Shown in pieces: positions 15,101 through 27,100 of a stretch of DNA of 64,000 nucleotides. Positions within the stretch are counted from its first letter, which is position 1, and every line of letters starts with the position of its first letter. Origin of the DNA: Phoronis australis (taxonomy: Eukaryota > Animalia > Phoronida); assembly GCA_002633005.1 (NCBI GenBank), contig NMRA01000018.1, forward strand, positions 1,127,531 to 1,191,530, written 5' to 3'. A model generated the notes under the pieces. The model ran no database searches, had not been told where the DNA came from, and saw only the letters and a program-made list of their open reading frames with translations. Made by a program: the position numbers and the translations under genes.

Positions 15101-18100
15101 TATAAACAACACAGATCTAGGTTCTCCTGTCCGTGTTTCACAGAATAATACTTCGAATTTATCTCCGAACAGACCCCAAACCCCTGCTACGGACCTTGAA
15201 AATTGGCCCGGCTGCCGAACTTTGTATCCAAATACTAGTAAATCCGTAACAGCGAAATAAAACAACAGGTTTTTATAAGAACTTTGTGTATTTTTAAGGG
15301 TTTTACATCGAAGTTTGAAGATTTATTGGTGTTAAACGATGAATTCAAGCGATAAGCTGACACCACTAACCCGTGTTGTGAACTGCTGAGCAGACTGCAT
15401 GCGAATCAATTACGTCATTGGATAATTTCAACACCTCCGTCTGCCGTCAGGTGTCAGGTAACGCAACCGAACGTGCCGTTATTGAGTAGAACTACTCGAT
15501 CTAAATAGGTTGTTTTGGGTGGCATTCTCCTTTAACCAATTCCCAATTATAGAGAAGTCAAATTTTTTGCCTTAAAACTTCACACAGTGTGTCTCAGATT
15601 TTTTATTTACTTGAAAGCAACAAAAATGTGTGTCATAAACGTTTTTTTTTTAAATAATGGCCCTTTCAGCCAGTGAACTTGAATATGAAGTCTTAAACAT
15701 TTTTCAATACATTTGAAATTCTTCGATTTTGACAGGTATTTGGCTAAGAGGTCTTAAAGGAGAATGTCACCCAAAAAACAACCTATTTTGTATCAATTGA
15801 GATGAGTAGTTCCACTGGATAACAGCAAGTACAGCTCTTTTACCTGACACCTGATGGCAGGCGGAGATGTTGAAATTAACCACTGCCATCAGCGGTTCAA
15901 ATGGAGTCTGTTCAGCTGTTCACAACACGGTTACTGGTGTCAGCTTATCGCTTGAATTCGTTTTATACCAATAAATCATCAAAATTCGATATAAAACTCT
16001 TACAAATATGAGTTATTAAACATACGTGTTATTTTATTTTGCTGTTGCAGATTTTAGGTATTAGAACGTACCATAGCCTACAAAGTACGGTAGGCCTAGG
16101 GCCAATTTACCGCAATGTCGGTCGCGAGAGTGTGGGGTCTGTTTGTTAATAAATTCAAATTATTGTTCCATGAAATATAGACAGGAGAACATAGTTGCGT
16201 GTTTTAATTTTAGACTTGCGATTTTTTCAGTTCTAAACACACAAAACGCTTGCTATCCAGGCCAGTGGCTCGGAATCCGATCTGGCCCATTGCGACCGGA
16301 CTGAAGACATGACGAACATAAACCAGCCAAAGTTGGAAACTAAACTGCCAGTCACGAAAAGACTATACTAGTGAGCCAAAGAAAAAATGTGCTCGCTGTT
16401 TATTTTGGTAAATTAGCCGCAAACTGCAAATGTACTCACTAGCTCGTCGGGGGGCCTCGAAGTCCGGTTACCCTTCCACAGAACCGTAAGGTCAAAAGTT
16501 GTACAGTAACAATGATTCGAGTAATGTATATGAATATCTAAATAAAAATTCCCCTAACATCTGACCATCGGGTATAAAATGGAGTTATTGTTTCACAACA
16601 GCTGTCTGTCAGCAAACACTGAATTAGCATGCGCTCACATGGCCTTGGTGCCCGCAGTCAATTCGCCGGTTTTTTGCATCTAAAGCCGGCAACACAGTGA
16701 TTTATTCATTGCTGGCTTCTCAAAACATTTGCACTTCGCGAACACTCCAAGGCATTACAAACTGTATCTAATGAGACAGACTTTGATTCAGTTTGATATA
16801 AGCATCGGTTAGGGTGAGAATAATTCATTTTGAAATTTAAAGGAACACACAATATAAACATCAACATGGGAACTCGCAATCCCGATTTAGTGGAGTGCTC
16901 ATCCGACGAAGACTTCACAGGTTGATTGTTAGGTTTCACAGGAATACACTGATGAAGAAATAATAGAGAGGCTCTGTGAACGTGCACAGACAACGGAACA
17001 TAGGAATAGTTCCGAAAACCATTTGAACTTGTTGTGTTGTCAGTGAGCTAACTACGATAATGGAACAACTGACGCTTCCATTTTCTGCCACGAAATTCCG
17101 CAAGTGAAACGAATTCTTGGAGAAGCGCAGACTGATGTCTCACGGACATCATGATTTTGCACCACGTCTAAAAAAGGTGTGCTTACGACATTTTTAGGGC
17201 TGAGAAAATGAAGTGGCGAAAACATCCTACACCCGAAGCCGGGACCAAACAGAAGCCTAACAAACGAGCCAGTCATCAAGATTTTCAGATTTGTGGAAGT
17301 TATATAAAACGTTATGTTCTCACACCTTGAATTAATTGTAATTGTTTATGTTTTCATGGCCAACTACAATTCTTCATAATCAAAAACTGATCAACAACCG
17401 GTTCGACGAAATGCAGGCCTCTGACAGACACGGGGAAGTTTCACGGCCTCGTGGTTGGTGTTAGCGGCGTACTTTTTCACTTCTTCACTACCGCAACAAG
17501 CTACTTCCGAAGTATTATGGGCTCTCAAGGAAATCGAAAAAACGATATACCCGCTTTCCTCACAGCATTATAGTTTGCACTCACTCTGTTGAAGAACCAC
17601 TGATGTTGCATCGTCTCTCACCTTCCTCACAAAGTAACGCGACACCTCTCGGCGAGATAAGATCGACCGTATACGAGGTGATGCTGATATAGACCGATTA
17701 AGACAGTAAAAAAGACAAATTAAATCGGGTGGCATTCTCCTTTAAAACAAAATCCCAGACGCACTTTCATAGCCAATAGAATGCATACTGTGCATGATTT
17801 TGCAAGCTTTGTGTGAAGATTTTCAGATTTGTGGAAGTTAAGACGACCTCTAACAGTCACACGTGACTTCATAATTTTGTGCAATTTGTTTGTGTGTTCA
17901 GACCAAGCATTGTGAAAACATGTGGTTTCAAGAGTTAAAATTTTTTTTTAAATATTTGACAAAATGTGACCCTTGGTAACAAAGGTATTCAGTTACCTTT
18001 AGTTAACCTTTGAAATTGGACCATTATTATAGTCCACAATTTCGATTTTCAGTCATTGCATTACGCCTATTTTACAGTAACATAATTCATTAACAGTTAT

Positions 18101-21100
18101 ATTTTGTGTGCTATTCATAAGCAATTTAGAACAAAACATGCCATAGTAGTTAAAATAAAATAAAGTTGCATTTTTACATAAAACTAACAAATTGATGCAG
18201 ATTATTATTGAAGTAATACAGACATAGCAAGAAAGTCCACAAAATTAATTACAAACTAAGAATATTTTGGGAAAGCTTGGTGGACAAATTCGCGACCTTG
18301 TTTTTTAGAGATAAATTTAAGTCAGATGACCAACTCACTATATGGAGAGAGAGAGAGTGTGGAATTGGTACGTAACTTTGGGGATGTGTTTGTCCTTTTG
18401 ATAAAAAGCAAAAGTTGTCAGCACCTGGGGAAATGGAAGAGGTGAGCCCCTTTAAGTTAGGAATGAAGAAATTAATAATTATCTTACCTGTAGTACGGGT
18501 CAGCTGTGACTCTGAACATGGGTTTGGATAGTGTGTGCTTTTGAATCACAGTGCTTCTTATTTAATTTCTTATTATCGTAACCCAACACCCCCTCCAGTA
18601 GCACAATGGACTTTTCCAATCAAGGACGCTGTGGTGACTTGATATTCGATTTTCTAAGGTATTCTTTTGTTCATTCCCATTGAAATGATTTGATTGGTGT
18701 TGATTTCACTAATCAGTTAAAAATCTATATGCATAAATCGAAATATTGTAAGCGCTTTCGCAAGCCAAGTTCATTATTTGTTGGAATGCTCTATAATTTA
18801 TTTGACAGAAGTTCTGTTACAGTAGTTTGATGTGGTTCTTTGATGTACAATAAATACTCCTCAGTTTAAGACAAATGTTTTGATTCAGGCACGAACCCCC
18901 TAGTTCCACCTCAAGTGCCTAAGATGCACCCATACCACATAAAACTAATGTGTAGGACCTCAGTAACATATCTGCGCATTTACCCAAATGTACAAAATTA
19001 GAATTTGACTCGGTAAAACTTTATTTTTTCAGAAAGTAGAAATCCTGTAGAATTTGATATTTTTACTTTTCAACAATCTGCCTTTAGTGTCTTTTTAGCA
19101 AATTTAACAAAAATTACATAGCAAAACAACGGTGTCAGTAATATGACCAAATTTTTTTATGTTTAAGTTTCAATATGGAATCTCAAAAATGCTGTTTTCT
19201 AAATTGTCATTTGGTTTGATGTAACTTGAATTTATTCACAAAAACTGCGAAAGTCGAACATTTTAAAAGAGATTTAGTGCATAAAGCATATTCTATGAGA
19301 GTTTTGAATGAATCCAATCAGTCAGTTCTGAGGCATGATTAATATGTTCGAAAGTTACGGTTGTGAAATATGGACATTTATTTTGAAACTCTAGGTTCCT
19401 ACATAGTTTTATTTGTTACATGATTTAGACAGATTATGGAAAGCAGTATCACGGAGTCAATAACTTTTAATATTGACCACTATTTTGGAAATGCCATTTC
19501 AATTTTTGTTGAAGTTGCAATTATTTCATTGAGATTTGAACCCATACTCTCTCATTTTGCAAGCCTCAACTTTACTGTTGCACCACCAACACATCACCGA
19601 ACTGTAAAGTCTATTCTATATCATATGTATTCTGACGTCACACTTGATTTTAAATTGCTATAAAGTATAATCGACCATGTCTAATGCAAACCTGCACTAA
19701 AGCATCACAGCTTGCACCATCATGCAGTTGTAGAAAAGGTGTGCTTCAAATGCTAAAGTGTTCAATGACTTTTAATACATGTCATTTGTGTGGACTTCGC
19801 GCATTGTTTTGTTTTTTGCCATGAAGTAAGTATTAACTGCCATGTTCCACACAAGCGAAATTTAGATATGGTGTTTGTGATATGAACAATCGTCGTTCTA
19901 CACATCTGTTAACAAAATTCAAGAGTAGTTTGGCCGCTGCTAAATTATTCTGATTGTAGTTTCCGTAGGTGCCCACCCTTAATTTTCCAGGTTTTCTTGA
20001 AACCGCCGTGGGTGCAGTTGCGGGAATTGTGGGTATGTTGGGCCTACTTTCATGTTGGGAGCCTATAGTAATATCTCAACATGACTGGTGTTAATAGAAT
20101 CTGTGAAACAACTCGCAATTGATTACACTTCCGAAGTGATATGTATCATTTCACGACTGTACTTAGCATCCAAAGCCAGTATCTAAACCACACTGTCGTT
20201 CCCAGAATCTGGATTGCATTGATTTTGTTGTCATTTCGCTGAATGAAAACAGTACCTGAACCCCAGTGTTATTTCACAGGACAAAATACGACTAGAGTCG
20301 CAGGTTCAAGCCCAAGAGTCTGTGATTGAGGGGCTGAAGGCGGAGAGGAAACTATGGGGTCATGAACTGGCTCAACAAGGTAGGCACCCGCGTAATTGGG
20401 TTTGAACCTGACATTCAATACGCAGTCCTTATCTATATGGAATATATAGTTTTCTAATGCTGAATTCATAGTTTCCCTAATATAGTATTCAGAATTCCCG
20501 CTCTCCATCGATATTTTTGAAAACCATGAATTTAGGTGCAGGGAAACCATCATATCAGGGCATCCAGTTGTATTGGTGTTGGCAAAAATTTCTATTACCG
20601 TATTCGCCGTAATACCCGACCAGGGCGCTTAGAAAATGTTCGGTTCAGGTGGGCACTTATTATAACCCAAGGCGGTTGAAACCCGGCGTGCGTTCAGTAG
20701 ACGTTAGGACCTATGCTAGGACCTAGCTGAAGTCTAGTCAAGGTCACATGTTCTCATTTAAAATACACGGCAATATCTCACGTAATGTCGCGAAGTCTTG
20801 CTTTTCAGCGAGGTCGTAGCGTTACTGAACGGGAGGCCGGTCTACGAAACGGGTGAAATCGGAAGCTAAGATTCATCAAATTTACGCTCTGTGACGTATC
20901 TGTAATCCATGAAAGACTTTCAACAAAACTGTGGTGCATTGCTATCAAAATTTGCTACTAAATTACGATCATTTTACACAAAATTGTGCTGAAATCCCAG
21001 GGCGAAAACTCGACGCCTGACTGCCTCTAAATCGCCGTCTTCGATATGGCGACTTCAATGCTTGAATAAAAATTGTTTCCACTCATGCAAATTACCTGAA

Positions 21101-24100
21101 ATCTTCATTTAAGTTCCTGTGGAGTCTGGATTAACGGCAGCTTTAAGTACAAATCTGTGCAACATCGTGCCATCTACATGTATGATCGGCAACTGGGCGA
21201 GAAAAATGTCTGGACAAACTCACATGTTGATGTCACGTGACGTTTGTTTTGAAGTTCGTCTGCGTTTTGAGTAAGCGAGGGCGTGTGTGTCACCAGAGTT
21301 CATTTGCCAAAGCAGAGACCGTCTTTTGGCCAGAGCCACGCAATCTAACGAGCTAGATGTGCATTAATTGTGTCTAAAGAAATTTGCACAAGNNNNNNNN
21401 NNNNNNNNNNNNNNNNNNNNNNNNNNNNNNNNNNNNNNNNNNNNNNNNNNNNNNNNNNNNNNNNNNNNNNNNNNNNNNNNNNNNNNNNNNNNNNNNNNNN
21501 NNNNNNNNNNNNNNNNNNNNNNNNNNNNNNNNNNNNNNNNNNNTGGCTGGAAAACGAAAACGAAAGTGAAACTTATGATAGAGGAAAGTTTGAAAAATAT
21601 CCATCACAGAAGTCATGTGACCTCCGCCTTACGAAAGATTCTCGACAAGGATGTGAATCGAGGAATATCAAAAACGTAATTATGAATTTTATTTTAGCCG
21701 CAAAGAAGACGTTTTCAACTTCAAGGCTACTGAGAAGAATTTAATTAAATTGGTTCATTTCAGTGATTGTTCTTTTTATGGCTAAGAAAGGTTGTGGGAT
21801 TTTTTTTACAGACTGGTGGTAAAGACCTAGATTTACTGTCTTTAGGGTGGATGACGTCAAGCTTTCTCAAGGTCACGTTTCCTTCCTCATGCAGCTGTTT
21901 TATTGAAAACGATACATTGATACATTGATACATTTCTTAATCATCTTCATTTATTTTGCTTTATACACACACTCTATCCATGTGATTTTCTATCCTCGTG
22001 ATGGCAATTAGGTAAATCGGTTTTTGGATGTTTCAATATTCTTTATTTTCAAGGAGCCTTGTCGATTGATAGGCAAGTTGAAACATGCAAATTGTGGATG
22101 TTTATGAAACATATGCATCTTAATATTGTTAAGATGACAATAATGACGTGTTTATGTTTTTGGCAGCAGCTTGGCTTTATGTTGAAGGTTATGTGTTTGC
22201 TATTGTCAGTGCAAGTTATTTGGCATATATTTTTTGTAGTAGGAATTTCCTGCTTCTTGTCAAAACACCTTTCAAGTTATTTCAACTACGCATGTTTTTT
22301 TATGAAATTCTAGCTTATTGTTGAGTATACATTGCCTTTTCTGTCATTTACTTAAGTGCCATCGGGGTAGAATTCCAGGAGAGTCACTTTTAATAAATAC
22401 GCGGCGCCCTCTCTTGTTCTGTGATATTTACCCACAATGCTGCACATTAAGGGGCACTTACCCCACAGCTGTGCACTAGTGCTGTGCTAATCACCAGTTT
22501 ACATTTAAAATTAGTACTTTGCCATTTGTCATTATGACGCCAATGAAGCTTTAGAGCAGTTGCAGTTTTCAACGCAGACATAAAAAATTAAGATTTAAGC
22601 TAAATTAGGGACGAAAAGCATTTTTCACTTGTCTGACTTGGCTCCAAAGTGTGTTAGTCGCCCTACATTTCAAAACTAAGTCAGTCACGCAAAGCATTTT
22701 TCTACCTCCGTAAATGAAGAGCGATGATATTAGGATGTGACAATTAGCAGCTCCTTTGACCTGATGATGTGCCGTAATGGCAGCTTCACAATGACCCAAT
22801 TGATACTGCTAGCTCTAATAAAAGGCTGTGGTAGATTCTGTCCCAGCGTTGCTATTACAAGCCTGTTTACCGCTTAATGCAACCGATCCCCAAAGCTTAT
22901 GGTTTCACTAGTTTTACTTTGAGGTCCTCATATACAAGACAAGTTCAGCGCAATAATTCATTGTCATGTGCAAGATTGTGAGTGTTTCGCCATTACAAGT
23001 TCTGTCTGTTGGAAGTTAAATAAATCTGGACAAGCCTTCAGGATACTGTGTCGACATATACTTGGAGAATATTTACACAATCCTTATGTCTAGAAAAGTT
23101 CTCTTTGTTTTGTGCAAATTTGTGCTGAGTTTGTGACAAGCAGTGAACACTTTCTTGTTCCTCCTTAGGTGCATCGTTGGCCCAGGATCGAGGGCGGATG
23201 GAAGCCAAGATAGAGTCTCTTACCACTGAAGTGCAGTCATTGGAAAAGCATCTAGAGGTCTGATATTAGTGCATCTAAGTCTGTGGAGTGTCTATGAGCA
23301 ACGTTTAGAATTGACTTGTAGCCACTATTTAGTCTTATTTTTCATTCCGTAAACTTCACTTGATACAATTGCATAACATAATCGTGAATTCAAATTTCCT
23401 TAAAATTAAAAAAATACAGAAGACAGATTTTCGTTACCATTTTATTGGGGTGAGCGAGACTCAAATATAGTCTTATGGCCATTAACTGTGGACAGGCACA
23501 CATTACTGTAGTACAAGTCAAAAGTAATCAGACCAAATGACCTGGGATTCCCCCATCGTGACGGCTGGGTAGAAGCCAAATTCACCGTCAGAATGGTTTT
23601 CCCCCTCGTGACTCAGAATGAAGGGGAATCAGCGGGAAAGTTAGTAAGCTTGCTAAGAAGTCATCGTAAATGCGGCTTGTAATTATGATTTTGCCCCCTT
23701 AAATCACCTGTCATTTTTGCTGTTAATTGAATTAGACGTAAGGACAGGGAAGCAGTATTTTTCCCAATTACTTTTGTCTTGTACTGTACATCACAAAATA
23801 ACATCACGGAGGTCGTTAATTGACGACAGCAAATTAGCATATTGTCAGAGAGTGATAATGGATTTCTTTGACAGTAAAGCAATTGCTCGTTTGCTGAGGT
23901 GCTTCTTTTAACGGGAAAATGATGTTTACTCTCTTTTAGACATCGATTAGACTAGGGCACCTTGACCTTTCTTACATTTTCAACCTACCTGAGTGTGTAA
24001 CTGATTTGTTTAACTCTTGATTTTTTTGTCTTTTTAAAGCTTTGATGTTCCAAGTCGAGGAATTTTGAATATAGAAAATACATTTTACAGTCATTAACTG

Positions 24101-27100
24101 GCCGTGTTTTTTGCTGTGTGTGGCCAAAGGTGGATGTTGAAAACTGATTGATTATGTTTTGAGCTTGAAGCAACATATAGCACCATCTTTGGTATGGAAA
24201 ACTTTTGGGATTTTTAAAAAATGTCGTACGCAATGGACAGAGTAGTGTTTGTTGAACTTCTGCTAGATTTGTGGCTGCAAATTTTATTTATTCCAGTTCG
24301 AAAGTTCCAAGTTTTGATTCATGCTTGTACAAGACTTTGAAACAAGTTTGCCTAATACACCTCTCAATCCTCACTGATCCACGTAAAACAACGTCACTTA
24401 CTGTTTCAAACAATTTCGTAATGCTATCCCATTTCAAATGCTTGTAATTTTTTGACAACTGAAGAGAAACCACGATGTCAACAGGGATGTAAGGTGTGAA
24501 CATTGCTGTGGAGAACCCAGTTGTGATAATTGTGTTAACTTAGTAGTTAAACGCTTTGAGCCATTGTTGACAATAGAATAATTGTGGAGAGATGATTAGT
24601 ATTTCTTCTATTAATAAGGTCATGTAGGACCCTAGAAAAATGTCCAAATTTGGCCAACTTTGGGACATCATCTTGCAAAAATGGGTGATTGGATTCAAAT
24701 GCGCCTTTCTTTTTTCCTAAATTTTACTTAAAAAAGCACATGGTCAATGATGGTAACATAAACCAATGTATGGCGGACTGGTACAAAGTTAAAATTCCAT
24801 TTTGCAGGCTTTCTGCTTTCAGAAAATAACTGAATTATATTTCATAGTTTTGTAGATTATTTGACGAATGCACTGACCTGTTGATGAGGTCCTACATTCC
24901 TTAGCTAGTGCCTGTCCTGTGCTCCATGCTGTTTGTAGCTGCATTTATTCCATGGCAAGAACCCTTTTATTCTGCATTGTGCCCTTTTCTGTTAACAGCG
25001 TGAAGCCGACACAGTGAAAATAAAAGCCAAGATAATTGACGACCAAACGGACACTGTGCGTAAACTGAAGGAGGTAAAACATCCCTTTGCTAAACCCATA
25101 GATCTCCGTTGGTATTTGATAGCCTGTGCCTTTCAATTATTGTTGGAGTACCACTAAGTATGGTGAAACAAATGTCAAGATGAGCAGGCGCACCTAATAA
25201 TGTTGTTTTAAGATGTGCCGAGACTCTCCAGTTATTGTCAGTTCTTCCTGTGAATAATGAACTTCATCCATTGATTGCTTTTGAGTATTTCCTTGAAACT
25301 TACAATTGTCAACTGTCTTTCCAATATGTTACCATCTTTGTCGTGTTGTAGTTTTGCAAATAAAATAAGCATTATGTATACAAAGAAGTCTGTGTTGGGT
25401 AGATAAGATTCCAATTAAATCTATTTGCTCGTGGTACTGAATGATGAAATTATCTGATTACCTTGGCCAGGGTCTTTTGGAGAGAGACGAGCAGATCAAA
25501 CAAGTGCGTGAAGAGCTTCTGAGTGTTCAGAAAGACTATGAATCTCAACTGTCTTCTGAGACGAATGTGAACCAAGAGCTGCAGGAGCAGTGTGACAGGC
25601 TGACACAGCGGAAAGTGGAACTGAAAGACAAAGTATCGGAGTTGGAGGAGCAGTTAGAGGAGACAAAAAGGGCACATGGGTAAGGTGGTTAAGCCACTGT
25701 TAGAGGAGACAAAGAGGGCACATTGGTAGGGTGGTTAAAGGTCAATCAGAGGATAACAGAGGGTTCATGGGCTAGGTGGTTAAAGGCCAGGTAGATGAGA
25801 TAAAGAGGGTGCATACTTAGGTAAGATGGTTAAAGGTTGGTTAGAGGCGACAAAGGGGTTGCGGGGATAAGATGGTTAAAGGGCTTGAGAAGAAACCTTA
25901 TGGTATATGAAGGGGTGGATAGTGGATGGGGTGAAAAATGGTGGAGGAGAGCGGTGGTTAAGGGGCTTTGAGATTCTAAAAGACGAGGACATTACCCTTG
26001 TTGAAGAAAAATTAAGGAGACAAAGAAAGCGCTTAGAGGATCTTCAAACATAGATTTGGTGGCTTTCTAAAAACTTTGAGTGTTGATGTTGTAACATCAT
26101 TTTTATGCGCCCACATATTTATATGTGGACACATTATGCCGTCATCTCCGTCCGTTCGGCGTCCGTCCTGCATCCACCCCTCTATCAACTAAACCGCTCT
26201 AAGGATGATTGTGAAAATCGGCACGTATGTTTTTACTATGAAGAAGATGGCTGACTATGATTTTCCAACGATTTCGTTTTCTGTGGCACCTCCTAGTGGC
26301 AGTTTTGTTTTTTTTTTTGCACCCATGGCTGTATCTCCTAAATCGTTGCAGGATCTTTGCTAAATTTAGCAAGTGTATTTATGTTATGTTCACAACAGTT
26401 GACAACAACTTTCGGACGGATCTGACTACCAGTGTGCTCCCTAGTGGCAATTTTAGTTTTTTAGGTTTACTGCTGTATCTTCAAAGGTCCTCAACAGATT
26501 TTCAGAAAATTTGGAATATAGGCATCTGTTGGTGGGATGATGGAATCGAGGTACTTTGCGCCACCTAGTGGCCATTTTTCCTGTTTTCGAGTATGTTTTT
26601 GGCGTCCACCCCTCGATCAACCAAACCATTCTGAGGATGATTTTAAAAATTGGCATGTATGTTCTCAGTGTGAAGAGGGCGGTTGACTGCAACGAATTTG
26701 ACTACTTTGGTGCCTCCTAGTGACAGTTTTGTTTCATTTTGCGCCCATAGCTGCATCTCCTTAACACATTGCATGATCTTTACTAAATTTAGTAATTGTA
26801 TTTTTATGAAACTAACACAGATGACGTCTTTCAGGCGGATCCAATGAATGCTGTGCCCCATACTGGCAATTTCACTTTTTCTATTTTCCTTCGTTTCTCT
26901 GAAGTTCCTTGACAGATTTTCATGAAATTTGGTAAATAGCTTTCTATTAAAGAGGTGGTGGCATTTTCCCTGATTTTAGGTGGAGTGGATGTTTTTGCGC
27001 CATCTAGTGGCTATTTTTACAAAATAAATAAATAACCCTAGAAGCACACCGTTTGCGGTGTATTCATGGGCGCATTTCAGCGCTCAGCGTTGCTCTTGTT

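Noticed and set aside
15532-18370. Possible host element with ccaattcc/ggaattgg ends enclosing Kolobok copy 2
   Set aside because: Only about 9 bp of inverted match and no matching TSD; plausible but not supportable.
21368-21744. Several ORFs spanning the first gap
   Set aside because: Artefacts of translating N runs.
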